The notes below the pieces were generated by a model. The model made no database searches. It had not been told where the DNA came from and was given only the letters and a program-made list of their open reading frames with translations. This document shows, piece by piece, positions 15,152-24,277 of a stretch of DNA of 64,000 nucleotides (the first letter of the stretch is position 1; every line of letters begins with the position of its first letter). Source of the DNA: a virus; the IMG/VR virus record IMGVR_UViG_3300045988_103857. The stretch is one strand, 5' to 3'. The translations under genes were made by a program, and so were the position numbers.

Positions 15152-16189
15152 ATGCCATTTAATATTTTAGAATCAATCACACAGGAAGAAAGACTTAACT
15201 TTTCTCAAGATTTCAGCGTAAAAAGACCGGGCATTCTTGACACCATCTTCCCGGATGTCAAAACCCAGTTCCTGAAAGCTGAATACTACAGACTTATGGC
15301 TGGACAGAGACTTCCAGAGGTAGCATTTGTTCATGCGCTTGATACTGAAGCAGAAATCGGGACAAGACCGGGCTTCGAAAAAGTTCTGACTGAAAAGCTC
15401 TTTATTAAGAGAAAAATCAATCAGTCTGAGAGATTACAGCAGGCAATTGAAAACGGTGTGCCGGATGACGAGAACTTAAAGAGATTTGTATTTGATGATG
15501 CAGCTAACCTGTTTGAAGGCGTTGTTGCCAGAGCAAATGTCATGAAAGGACAATTCCTTTCTACAGGTGCCGTAAAAGTCAAAGAGAACAACGTGGATAT
15601 GAGCATTGATTATGGCGTTCCGTCCAGCGCAAAGGTAGAAATGTCAGATTGGTCTAAACCGGATGCAGATATCATGGGTGATATCCAGAAGATGGTTGCT
15701 GTTGCAGAGGATAATGGTTTTGTGGTAAACAAAGCCCTGACATCCCTTAAAATGATTAATTACATGAGAAACAACACTGCAATGCAGACAGCAGTCTTAG
15801 GAGCAGCAAACAAACGTCTCTTAACAAAACAGGAACTTGCAAATCTGCTTATGCAGGAATACGGAATCACAATTGATCGTTGTGACGAGAAATTCAGATT
15901 CAGAAAAGCAGATGGTTCACTCAAAACAGGAAGATACTTCAAAGAGGATGTATTCACTTTGTATGAAGCAGAGCCGAACGGTTCATTTGGTACTGGACTC
16001 TGGGGCGTAACACCAGAGGAACTTGAATACAGACAGTTTATTCAGGAAGAAAATCGTTCCTTTGTAACACTGTCCATGTGGGCTACACAAGACCCAGTTG
16101 CAGTTTGGACTAAAGCATCAGGTATGTTTGTTCCAGTAGCAGCAAAAGCTAATGGCGGTATCGTAATCGGTACCAAAGCGGGGGAATAA
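15152..16189 (+). CDS. major capsid protein
   Basis: 345 aa following scaffold and decoration-like genes. AGGAGG SD. Size and position are typical of E-like/HK97-fold MCPs. Confidence 0.8.
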   Translation: MPFNILESITQEERLNFSQDFSVKRPGILDTIFPDVKTQFLKAEYYRLMAGQRLPEVAFVHALDTEAEIGTRPGFEKVLTEKLFIKRKINQSERLQQAIENGVPDDENLKRFVFDDAANLFEGVVARANVMKGQFLSTGAVKVKENNVDMSIDYGVPSSAKVEMSDWSKPDADIMGDIQKMVAVAEDNGFVVNKALTSLKMINYMRNNTAMQTAVLGAANKRLLTKQELANLLMQEYGITIDRCDEKFRFRKADGSLKTGRYFKEDVFTLYEAEPNGSFGTGLWGVTPEELEYRQFIQEENRSFVTLSMWATQDPVAVWTKASGMFVPVAAKANGGIVIGTKAGE

Positions 16190-16377
16190 ACGGGCATAGT
16201 CTCGACGAGAACAGCCAGTCACCATCTGTAGCAAGTGTTAAACACAAGTATACAGAAAACGAGCTGTCAAGCATGACAGTGGTTCAACTGAAACAGCTCG
16301 CAAGTGACAATGGCTATGCCCTGACATCGACAAATAAGGCTGGTATTATCTCTGAAATTTTATCTCAGCAAGGGTAG
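16180..16377 (+). CDS. HeH/Rho-N-like domain ORF in the -1 frame of the MCP 3' end (possible frameshift extension, or a short ORF from ATG 16273)
   Basis: The -1 frame is open from 16153. It encodes ...KHKYTENELSSMTVVQLKQLASDNGYALTSTNKAGIISEILSQQG, a Rho_N/HeH-type helix-extended-helix. The only ATG is at 16273 and lacks an SD. A GGGGG run at 16180-16184 lies just before the MCP stop. Confidence 0.4.
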   Translation, partial: GGINGHSLDENSQSPSVASVKHKYTENELSSMTVVQLKQLASDNGYALTSTNKAGIISEILSQQG

Positions 16378-16387
16378 GTGATCTTGA

Positions 16388-16714
16388 ATGAACGAAGAAC
16401 TTGTGAATGATCTGAAAGAATATCTATCCGATGATGCGGAAACTGACGGTATGATTTCTTTGTCTGTGAAGCGTGCAATTCGTTCATTCAAAAAGAAACG
16501 CAACTATCCGTCTGGATATACAGACGAAAAAATCAATACCGATATGGAATGCTGTTATGATTGCATATTTGATCTGGCTCTTTATTTCCTTGTGAAGCAG
16601 GGAGCCGAGTTCCAAGAATCGCACTCTGAAAATTCAGTAAGTCGAAACTGGGAATCCGAAACAGAAATATATATTAATCATGGCGTTTTTCCATTTGCAG
16701 GAAGTTTAATTTAA
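16388..16714 (+). CDS. head-tail connector (gp6-like) protein
   Basis: 108 aa directly after the capsid genes. The N-terminal LVNDLKEYL...D.ETD pattern resembles gp6-like connector proteins. Confidence 0.55.
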   Translation: MNEELVNDLKEYLSDDAETDGMISLSVKRAIRSFKKKRNYPSGYTDEKINTDMECCYDCIFDLALYFLVKQGAEFQESHSENSVSRNWESETEIYINHGVFPFAGSLI

Positions 16715-16827
16715 CTAAGATGGTTGGGTCACGTGGCACGGTATTTTTGTCCTCCCGGAGTGCCGCTGGGTTGCTTATATTCAGTAGGGAAAAGCAAATG
16801 TTAAGGGAGTGAAGAAAGGAACTGGCG

Positions 16828-17139
16828 ATGGGATGTGAACATGAATGTTTTAATGAACACCGCATAGAAGAACTGGAAAAGAATTTTCAGCTGATGCAAG
16901 AGAAGCAATCTGATCGTAGTAAAGAGTTTTATGAGCGTATCGGGGAACTGGAAAGAAAGACAGCATTAAGTGAGAATGACTTGAACCATATCAAGTCAAC
17001 TGTGGATGAGATGAATAACAATATAAAGACTCTCATGGCAGTCCCGGGAAAGCGTTACGATACAATCATTGTATGCGTTATTACAGCGATTGTCAGCGCA
17101 GTTATCGGTTTTATGTTAAGCGGTATTCTTCCAGTTTGA
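16828..17139 (+). CDS. XhlA-like coiled-coil protein with a C-terminal TM anchor
   Basis: A coiled-coil followed by the C-terminal hydrophobic IIVCVITAIVSAVIGFMLSGILPV. The architecture matches XhlA haemolysin/lysis accessory proteins. Confidence 0.5.
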   Translation: MGCEHECFNEHRIEELEKNFQLMQEKQSDRSKEFYERIGELERKTALSENDLNHIKSTVDEMNNNIKTLMAVPGKRYDTIIVCVITAIVSAVIGFMLSGILPV

Positions 17140-17168
17140 TTCCACTTGTAAGGGAGGACGGTGGAAAT

Positions 17169-17423
17169 ATGAATTATACAGACTTTTCAGAAGATGAAAG
17201 AAAATTTTATTTAAAAGAAGCAGGCTTTGATTCCAGAGAAGAAAAACTGTTTCGATTACGGGCCTATGGCGAAAAGACACTATGGGAAGCATCTGAACTT
17301 ATGGGGTATAGTCCGAGAACCATAGACCGAATTAACAAAAGAATAAAGAAGAAAATTTCCAAAGTTGCCCCGATGTATTGTCGGGGCTTTTCTTTGTATT
17401 ATGGCGAAAACGTGGCGAAATAG
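17169..17423 (+). CDS. small HTH (sigma r4/LuxR-like) regulator
   Basis: GGGAGGACGG SD. EKTLWEASELMGYSPRTIDRINKRIKKKI is an HTH pattern. An intrinsic terminator is embedded at its 3' end. Confidence 0.5.
   Translation: MNYTDFSEDERKFYLKEAGFDSREEKLFRLRAYGEKTLWEASELMGYSPRTIDRINKRIKKKISKVAPMYCRGFSLYYGENVAK
17367..17395 (+). terminator. intrinsic terminator
   Basis: Stem GCCCCGA/TCGGGGC followed by a T-rich tract. Confidence 0.65.
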
Positions 17424-17578
17424 TGACGTTCAAAAACAGAGTTCCTTCCTATATAATATAATCATAGGAGAAAACACAATGATTATGTTAAGGAACCCTT
17501 ACGAGGGTATATGGGAAAAGCATCGTTCCATAGATGATATGGATATGATTCTTGAATCCCGGACAGGAGGAACAGATT

Positions 17579-18076
17579 ATGGCAGGTTATCCGTATTATC
17601 CGCAACAGCCAATGATAAACAACCCATACGGACAAATACAGCCGTATCAGGACAGGCTGGCACAATTGCAGAATAATTACCAACAGGCAATGCCTTATGG
17701 TCAAATGCAGATGCAACAGTTACAGTCAATTCCACAATCCCCTATGCTTCAAGGACAGATGGTGGATGGGATTGATACTGTAAAGGCTAAAGATGTGGAT
17801 ATGTCCGGCAATCCTGTTTACTATCCAAAAACAGACGGAACTGAAATTTACAGAAAACAGCTTCAATCCGATGGAAGGAGCAGGATTTTTGTTTACCGAC
17901 TTGCAAACCCAGACGAACAACAGCCAAAGCAAGATGAAAAGCAGATTGACATTGAAGCAATGTTTAATCAGCTTCGGAATGATGTTTGTTCGGAGATTTC
18001 TGAAATAAAGAATATGTTTCCGACGCAGATGTCGGGAACACCAGAACCTAAGCAGAACGGAGGTAGGCAGAGATGA
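17579..18076 (+). CDS. protein with a Q/P/Y-rich low-complexity N-terminus
   Basis: CAGGAGGAAC SD. MAGYPYYPQQPMINNPYGQIQPYQDRLAQLQNNYQQAMPYGQMQMQQLQ..., then a globular C-terminal half. Confidence 0.6.
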   Translation: MAGYPYYPQQPMINNPYGQIQPYQDRLAQLQNNYQQAMPYGQMQMQQLQSIPQSPMLQGQMVDGIDTVKAKDVDMSGNPVYYPKTDGTEIYRKQLQSDGRSRIFVYRLANPDEQQPKQDEKQIDIEAMFNQLRNDVCSEISEIKNMFPTQMSGTPEPKQNGGRQR

Positions 18077-18312
18077 TGAACCCTATGCAACTTATGCAGA
18101 TGATACGTAACGGTGGAAATCCACAGCAAGCTATCATCAATATTATGAAAAATCAGTCTGGGAACAGCCCAGTTATAAACAATGCTATCAATATGATGGA
18201 AAAAGGCGACAGTGCAGGTCTTGAAAAACTTGCAAGAAACCTTTGCAAAGAAAAAGGAATTAATCCTGATGATATGTTATCGCAGGTTAAGAACCAGTTT
18301 GGAATAAAATAA
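18073..18312 (+). CDS. hypothetical protein
   Basis: ATGA overlap with the upstream gene. 79 aa. Confidence 0.55.
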   Translation: MMNPMQLMQMIRNGGNPQQAIINIMKNQSGNSPVINNAINMMEKGDSAGLEKLARNLCKEKGINPDDMLSQVKNQFGIK

Positions 18313-18321
18313 GCGGATAAA

Positions 18322-18882
18322 TTATTTATCCGCATATCTCCAACCAAATCCGTGTGTTTGAGAAAAAATGCCTTTGCAACATTTCCCTATTTTGGACTCC
18401 GAACATCCAGTCGCTCTGGAAGCTTCACCTATACTTCCAAAAGTGGCAATAATATTCCCAGTGTTTAAATCAATTTGGCTCACTGGAATAGAAGATGCGT
18501 TTTGGAATCCGGTTTTCCCTAGCCACGGTTTAGAACCTTTGTTTATTCCGATTTTGTAAGCGTGCAAATTGTTTTCGGAAGACGTGCACCATTCAAGGTT
18601 ATTTACACAATTATCTTTTTTGTTTCCGTTAATGTGGTTAACTTGAGGCTTGTTTTCCGGATTTGGAATAAACGCTATTGCAACAAGACGATGTACCATA
18701 AAATACGCAGGCTTTTTATTCCGATATAAACTGACTCGCAAATATCTCCCGTCAGCGCAGATTGGACTTAATATTTTGATTTTGGAATGATGGTTTCCTG
18801 ATTGCAAACTTTTTACATTCCCTAGATTGCTTACTTGATAAACACCTTCGTATTTTGGAATGTCTTTCCATATTTCTTTCAT
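18322..18882 (-). CDS. HNH homing endonuclease (NUMOD4 N-terminus, HNH_3 core, C-terminal HTH-like region)
   Basis: [21 protein letters not shown] (NUMOD4-like). [35 protein letters not shown] (HNH). It is the only minus-strand gene in this block. Confidence 0.85.
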   Translation of the reverse strand: MKEIWKDIPKYEGVYQVSNLGNVKSLQSGNHHSKIKILSPICADGRYLRVSLYRNKKPAYFMVHRLVAIAFIPNPENKPQVNHINGNKKDNCVNNLEWCTSSENNLHAYKIGINKGSKPWLGKTGFQNASSIPVSQIDLNTGNIIATFGSIGEASRATGCSESKIGKCCKGIFSQTHGFGWRYADK

Positions 18883-19081
18883 AAAAATAACACCTTGCCT
18901 TTCTGATGTACGCCTTTATTGGTTGTGGGAAAATCACTAAGGCATGTGACTTTCGGGTCGCGAATCCCTATTCCCACATAAATATTATACTATATTTCAT
19001 TTAACATTGCTACAAAATTGAGCTGAAAGCCCGGGATTTCTACTTGATTTGTAAAATAAATCAAATAGGAGGTTTGAATTT

Positions 19082-19888
19082 ATGATGAATTCAGGCGGAT
19101 ATAGCCTTGCTGACATTGCGGCAGCAACAGGCTCTAATAATCATGCAGATGATGGCTACGGCTTCGGCGGTGGATGGGCATGGTGGATCATTATACTTCT
19201 CATCTTTGGTTGGGGAGGCAATGGCTGGGGCTTCGGCGGAAACAGAGGAAATGGAAGCACAGATTTCTTAGACTCTGCTTTACAACGTGGCTTCGATAAC
19301 CAGTCCGTAATTAGCAAGCTCGATGGTATCAGCAATGGTATCTGTAACCTTGGTTATGACCAGTTGGCTCAGCTGAATGGAATCAATCAGAATATTTCTA
19401 ATGGATTCCACGGCGTAGATAATGCTATCTGCAATCTTGGCTATCAGACCCAGCAGGGATTTAATAGTACAAACATTGCACTTATGCAGGGACAGAATGC
19501 ATTACAGTCTCAGTTAGCTCAGTGTTGCTGTGACAACAGGGAAGGACAGGCTCAGATCAGATATGATATGGCTACCAACGCTTGTGCAATCCAGAACTCA
19601 ATGAACAACAATACCAGAGATATTCTGGAAAATCAGAACAGCAACACCCGTGCCATTCTTGATTATCTTTGCCAGAAGGAAACAGCAGACCTTAGAGCAG
19701 AGAATCAGGCACTTAAACTGGCGGCTTCACAGTCCGACCAGAATGCGGTATTACAGGCGGCTATGAACGCAAATACAGCAGAAATTCTCAGACGCACTGC
19801 ACCACTTCCGGTTCCGGCATATCCGGCAAGTAATTTGTATGGATATTACGGAAACAACGGATGTGGATGCAACAGTGGATGCTGCTAA
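19082..19888 (+). CDS. N/Q/G/C-rich membrane-anchored low-complexity protein
   Basis: AGGAGG SD. GYGFGGGWAWWIIILLIFGWGGNGWGFGG is a TM helix flanked by Gly/Trp. Repeated N(G/A)ICNLGY(D/Q)Q motif. CCC triplet. C-terminal GCGCNSGCC. Confidence 0.65.
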   Translation: MMNSGGYSLADIAAATGSNNHADDGYGFGGGWAWWIIILLIFGWGGNGWGFGGNRGNGSTDFLDSALQRGFDNQSVISKLDGISNGICNLGYDQLAQLNGINQNISNGFHGVDNAICNLGYQTQQGFNSTNIALMQGQNALQSQLAQCCCDNREGQAQIRYDMATNACAIQNSMNNNTRDILENQNSNTRAILDYLCQKETADLRAENQALKLAASQSDQNAVLQAAMNANTAEILRRTAPLPVPAYPASNLYGYYGNNGCGCNSGCC

Positions 19889-19967
19889 GTAACTCACCCT
19901 TAGAGGTTGACTAATTCTAAGAGGTGGGTTACGGCTCACCTCTTATTTTGATTGAGAGGTATAAAAT

Positions 19968-20393
19968 ATGAGTTGTAAAAATGTTTGTAAGCTCTGCAAC
20001 CATCTTGTAATCAGCCAAGCCGTTGCGTTTACAGGAGGTAATCTTGTAATCACACTTCCAGCAGGCAGTTACAATAACGGAGAGAAATATTGTATTGTTG
20101 TTGCACAAAGCATACCGGAAACAACCACAATTTCTGCTCCGGTAGTAATCCAGGTAGGCACGGGAACAACCTTGTATCCATTACAGAATCGTTGCTGTGC
20201 ACAGGTTACGGCTTGCGGAATAAGAACCAGAACGAAGTACGCAACCAGAGTAGCTACAAGTGCAACTGGCGGAGTATTCAAGATGTTAGGAAATCCAGCT
20301 TGTAGTCCGAGTAACAATTTGACAGCAATTAATGGTACAGCCCCAACAACAGACACACCTGTTACACAGGCTGCCAGAAAGGGGGCAATGTAA
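19968..20393 (+). CDS. Cys-containing hypothetical protein
   Basis: GAGAGG SD. MSCKNVCKLCNH... 141 aa. No family recognised. Confidence 0.6.
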   Translation: MSCKNVCKLCNHLVISQAVAFTGGNLVITLPAGSYNNGEKYCIVVAQSIPETTTISAPVVIQVGTGTTLYPLQNRCCAQVTACGIRTRTKYATRVATSATGGVFKMLGNPACSPSNNLTAINGTAPTTDTPVTQAARKGAM

Positions 20394-21025
20394 TGCATAA
20401 AGTTGCAATGGAAATGGGAAAATGGGCCATGGAGAAAGCTAAAGCACATGGCTTTGATAATCTCAGTGCTCAAGACTGGGACGATTTGAAAGACTGCATG
20501 GAAGCTGTAAAGTGTGCGATTTGCGCAGATAAGGATTACAGAATCGTAGAAGCTATGGACGAATGCGAACAGGAAGAGAAATATCTTGGACGCATGGGAT
20601 ATGACAGATATCGTTATGCAAACGGCAGATTTGCACCAAAAGGCAGAGGAAGTCGTATGGGATACAAGCCATATCTGTACATGGAAGATGATGACTGGAT
20701 GAATGAATATCTGAATAATCCAGAATTTGAACGCAATATGTACCGCATGGGATATCACCCAGAATATTCAGACAGGAATATGGGGAATGATGGCATGAAT
20801 CGTCAGCAGTCCAGATATGGTGAAACCTACGACAGGTACAGTGAGAATCGCAGACATTACCATGATTCCAAAGACGCTGAATCAAAGAGAAAAATGGATG
20901 ATTCCATGAAAGAGTACACAGAAGATATCATCCGCAATATGAAAGAAATGTGGGACGATGCAGACGCATCAATCAGACAGCAGATGAAAACTGATCTGAC
21001 ACGTTTCATACAGCAGATGAACTGA
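20393..21025 (+). CDS. charged repeat protein (three RMGY motifs)
   Basis: The start overlaps the upstream stop. GRMGYDRYRY, SRMGYKPYLY and YRMGYHPEYS repeats. Rich in D/E/R/K/M/Y. Confidence 0.6.
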   Translation: MHKVAMEMGKWAMEKAKAHGFDNLSAQDWDDLKDCMEAVKCAICADKDYRIVEAMDECEQEEKYLGRMGYDRYRYANGRFAPKGRGSRMGYKPYLYMEDDDWMNEYLNNPEFERNMYRMGYHPEYSDRNMGNDGMNRQQSRYGETYDRYSENRRHYHDSKDAESKRKMDDSMKEYTEDIIRNMKEMWDDADASIRQQMKTDLTRFIQQMN

Positions 21026-21041
21026 ATATGAAATGAATTTT

Positions 21042-21074
21042 GCCCTTGTTACAGGAATGTAGCAGGGGCTTTTT
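21042..21074 (+). terminator. intrinsic terminator closing the 19.1-21.0 kb cassette
   Basis: Stem GCCCTTG/CAGGGGC followed by T5. Confidence 0.6.
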
Positions 21075-21093
21075 AGTTATGGAGGTACATAAT

Positions 21094-21255
21094 ATGCCGA
21101 GAAAAAAAGCGGAAGTCAAAATTAAAATGATTTGTGAGAAATGCGGAAAACCACAGAAACCAAGTGCTGACAAATCAACAACTAATTGGAATGTATATGA
21201 CTGTCATGAAAAATGTGAATGTGGTGGAAAATTCGTAATGAAATTCGAGGATTGA
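21094..21255 (+). CDS. small zinc-ribbon protein
   Basis: GGAGG SD. CEKCGK...CHEKCECGG provides two CxxC-like pairs. Confidence 0.5.
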   Translation: MPRKKAEVKIKMICEKCGKPQKPSADKSTTNWNVYDCHEKCECGGKFVMKFED

Positions 21256-21257
21256 TT

Positions 21258-21608
21258 ATGGAAAATTTGACTGTAAATATTTTAGGAACCGAGTACAAAA
21301 TATATTTCAGGAATGAAAAAGACGACGATTTACTTGATGGAAAAGGCAGAGATGGATACACGGATATGTCCGCGCACGAAATTATAGTGTGTAACAAAAA
21401 AGATGATTGTGAATTAATAGATTACGAAAATTGGAAGAAAAACATTCTACGTCATGAAATTGTTCATGCTTTTTTATTTGAAAGTGGACTTGATTCTTCG
21501 TCTGCCAATTTTTATGGAGCATGGGCTACGAACGAAGAAATGGTTGATTGGTTTGCAATTCAATCTCCAAAGATTTTTAAAGTATTCCAAGAACTTGATT
21601 TAATTTGA
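21258..21608 (+). CDS. HExxH metallopeptidase-like protein
   Basis: ILRHEIVHAFLFESG contains HExxH. 116 aa. Confidence 0.55.
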   Translation: MENLTVNILGTEYKIYFRNEKDDDLLDGKGRDGYTDMSAHEIIVCNKKDDCELIDYENWKKNILRHEIVHAFLFESGLDSSSANFYGAWATNEEMVDWFAIQSPKIFKVFQELDLI

Positions 21609-21626
21609 AAAGGATGGTGATAAGCC

Positions 21627-22013
21627 ATGATAAGACAATTTTACATGAACGGCGACCTATGGAGAGTGCAGTTCGTATCTCCGCACGACAGCGTGTTAAT
21701 TGATCGTACAGGCAATAGAACGCTTGGGGTATCGGATTATTCCACCCATATTATTTCAATCGCAAATAACCTGCACGGAGAGCTTCTGAATCGTGTGTTT
21801 ATTCATGAGTTAGGGCATTGCGTAATGTTTAGCTACGGTCTATTACCAGAACTTCATCACATGGTCAAGAAACGGTATTGGGTGGATGCAGAAGAATGGT
21901 GCTGCAATCTTCTGGCCGACTATTCTTGTTTCGTGATTGGCACAGCTAGAGATATTTTAGGAAACCAGTTCACATATGTAGCTCCTATCGGGGCAGAAAG
22001 GATGATTGCATAG
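21627..22013 (+). CDS. HExxH metallopeptidase-like protein (second, divergent)
   Basis: VFIHELGHCVMFSYG contains HExxH. 128 aa. Confidence 0.55.
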   Translation: MIRQFYMNGDLWRVQFVSPHDSVLIDRTGNRTLGVSDYSTHIISIANNLHGELLNRVFIHELGHCVMFSYGLLPELHHMVKKRYWVDAEEWCCNLLADYSCFVIGTARDILGNQFTYVAPIGAERMIA

Positions 22014-22256
22014 ATGGCAAAAGCAGAAAACACAGTTATTTTTGATGGAATCAAGTACAATCCCGGTGATGAATTGCCAGATTTAGGCAGTTGGGTGTGT
22101 ACAGATGCAAAAGGCATGGTTCGTGATTACGAAGGGCTTTCAAAGGACGTATCGAAGCTTCCACATTATGTAGAGAGTGGTTCTTCGGCGTTGTGCCTTG
22201 ATACTTCTGAATTATACGAATATCACAAACCTACCGATACATGGTACAAACTGTAA
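22014..22256 (+). CDS. hypothetical protein
   Basis: The start abuts the upstream stop. 80 aa. Confidence 0.5.
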   Translation: MAKAENTVIFDGIKYNPGDELPDLGSWVCTDAKGMVRDYEGLSKDVSKLPHYVESGSSALCLDTSELYEYHKPTDTWYKL

Positions 22257-22269
22257 AGGAGAATCGCAT

Positions 22270-24174
22270 ATGGCATTAACAGCAAAGAAAGTATATGCAA
22301 TATTAAAACGCCAGATTTCCGATATGGAAGCAAAAATAAAAACGCCTATTATTTACCGTGGTACAGTTGCAACCGCTGATTTGCTTCCATTAAATCCAGA
22401 TATCGGAGATATGTACAATATCGAGTCTAAATCTGTCTATGGCGAAGCAGGAATGAACGTGGCATGGAACGGTGTAGTATGGGATACTATGGGCGCCCCG
22501 ATTGATATGTCGCTTTACATTAAATCAAGCGAATTGGCGGATTGGGTAAAACAGCAGAACAAGCCGACATATACGGCTGAAGAAGTTGGAGCGTTGCCGG
22601 CTGATACAAAGATTCCAAGCAAAACTAGTGACTTGCAGAATGACTCTGGATTCTTGACTAAAATTCCAGACAATTATCTTTCTGGAACAGACAAAACTCT
22701 GAGCGTATCTGGAAAAGCTGCTGACGCAAAGGCTGTTGGAGATAAAAACGTAGAATTATTAGCTGATATATCAAATAAGTTAAATAAGAACCAAGGCTCG
22801 GAGAACTCTGGCAAGATTGCCGGAATTAACGAATCTGGTGATATTGTTCCAATGTTTCCAGTAAGCGTAGATTACAACGAAGAAACAAATTGTCTTGAGT
22901 TTGGCTCTGATCAGAAAATGGAACTGAACCAAGGTATCGGTCTTGATAGCACTCTCACAAAGACGGGATATGCCGCTGATGCGGGCGTAGTTGGAGAAAT
23001 AACTAATTCACTAAAGGAAGATATAGGTGACTTAGAAAATTTAAAGTATAGAGAATTATATGATAATCTTTTTTATGATTTTTTTGATATTGCCACTAAT
23101 AAAAGCGGTAATATTAATGAATATGGAAATGCTCAGCATATATTTGTAGAGAATGTCTATTCAAATGGTGCCAAACTTGAAAGTGGAAATTATTTAGTTG
23201 CGCTCAAACTTACAAATATCAGTTTAAAAAGACAGGTTAATGTGGACGCAAGTTTTGCACTTTGTATTATAGACGGTTGGAATAAAAAATACTTGGGAGA
23301 TATTCAATATTATAATGGTGAAAAAGAGTTATTTGTTTATTCCATTATAAATTTTACAAATGACAATAATATAAAAGTTTCTCCAGCTTTAATTTTAAAT
23401 GGTGGCTTTGAGTCAAACTCCGAATATTCCTTTGATGTAGATACCATTGCTATCATAAAAAATAACACAAATGGATTACCTGAATCAATCTTTCATTATG
23501 GAAATAACAAGATATATCCTGTTTTTAATATGTATGGCAATCTATCTAATTTTAAAAATGCCTATATTCTGAATAAAAAATTGGTTGCTAATGACACAAG
23601 TGGAACATCCGATGTTTCGGCTCAATATACTGTTGCGAAGATGGGAAATACTGTAAATAAAATTATGTTAAAAGGTATTTTTGATACAAATACCACAATA
23701 GCTATTATTACAGAGCCTAACGGAATGACAAATGTTACAGATGTTACAAATAGGTCTATTCATGTTACGTTTAGTGCAAATGGTTGCTCGGTTGGTTATT
23801 TTGATAATAAAGCATTAACGAACATAAAAAATATATCTTGGGATGGAGACTATATAGGCAAAGAAGTAACTATTGGCTTTGAAATAAGTGGAAATGTTAT
23901 TACAGTTTATCTGCCAAACGGAAACACTTTAACGGTAACTAATGAAAAGTTAATATCTTGTGGTGGAAAATATGCTTTGTGGGAGCATTATATGGGAGGG
24001 CTTAATAAAAGAATTTTCCATTCTGCACAATTTACAAAAATTTATGCAGAGGATGCTGACGGAAATGTTCTTTGTGATGATTTTAACAGAGAAAATGGTA
24101 GCATTGGGATTTCTCCGCAAGGTTATGTTTATGCTCAATTTACAAATGAAAATCAAACTGGATGGACATTTTAA
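22270..24174 (+). CDS. fibre / receptor-binding-type protein with a mosaic C-terminus
   Basis: AAGGAG SD. The N-terminal IYRGTVATADLLPLNPDIGDMYNI...VAWNGVVWDTMG and SGKAADAKAVGDK motifs are typical of Gram-positive phage fibres. The C-terminal ~380 aa are strikingly AT-rich and N/I/K-rich. Confidence 0.65.
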   Translation: MALTAKKVYAILKRQISDMEAKIKTPIIYRGTVATADLLPLNPDIGDMYNIESKSVYGEAGMNVAWNGVVWDTMGAPIDMSLYIKSSELADWVKQQNKPTYTAEEVGALPADTKIPSKTSDLQNDSGFLTKIPDNYLSGTDKTLSVSGKAADAKAVGDKNVELLADISNKLNKNQGSENSGKIAGINESGDIVPMFPVSVDYNEETNCLEFGSDQKMELNQGIGLDSTLTKTGYAADAGVVGEITNSLKEDIGDLENLKYRELYDNLFYDFFDIATNKSGNINEYGNAQHIFVENVYSNGAKLESGNYLVALKLTNISLKRQVNVDASFALCIIDGWNKKYLGDIQYYNGEKELFVYSIINFTNDNNIKVSPALILNGGFESNSEYSFDVDTIAIIKNNTNGLPESIFHYGNNKIYPVFNMYGNLSNFKNAYILNKKLVANDTSGTSDVSAQYTVAKMGNTVNKIMLKGIFDTNTTIAIITEPNGMTNVTDVTNRSIHVTFSANGCSVGYFDNKALTNIKNISWDGDYIGKEVTIGFEISGNVITVYLPNGNTLTVTNEKLISCGGKYALWEHYMGGLNKRIFHSAQFTKIYAEDADGNVLCDDFNRENGSIGISPQGYVYAQFTNENQTGWTF

Positions 24175-24277
24175 TCAATTAACAAAAGAGGGCTTTAGTT
24201 AACCATTAAAACTGCAGGCACAACGCATTTAATTATTATAAACAGTTGACAATAAATAACAGATATGGAGGAATCAC

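Noticed and set aside
17479-17676. 65-aa ORF with a good SD (TAGGAGAAAAC) overlapping the start of the Q-rich protein gene in another frame
   Set aside because: It overlaps the better-supported 17579 gene by ~100 nt and has no recognisable features. It could be a short leader ORF, but I cannot support it as a gene.
20069-20758. 229-aa minus-strand ORF
   Set aside because: It is antisense to two SD-led, tightly coupled plus-strand genes (19968-20393 and 20393-21025). It has no SD, and its low-complexity sequence is typical of a shadow ORF.
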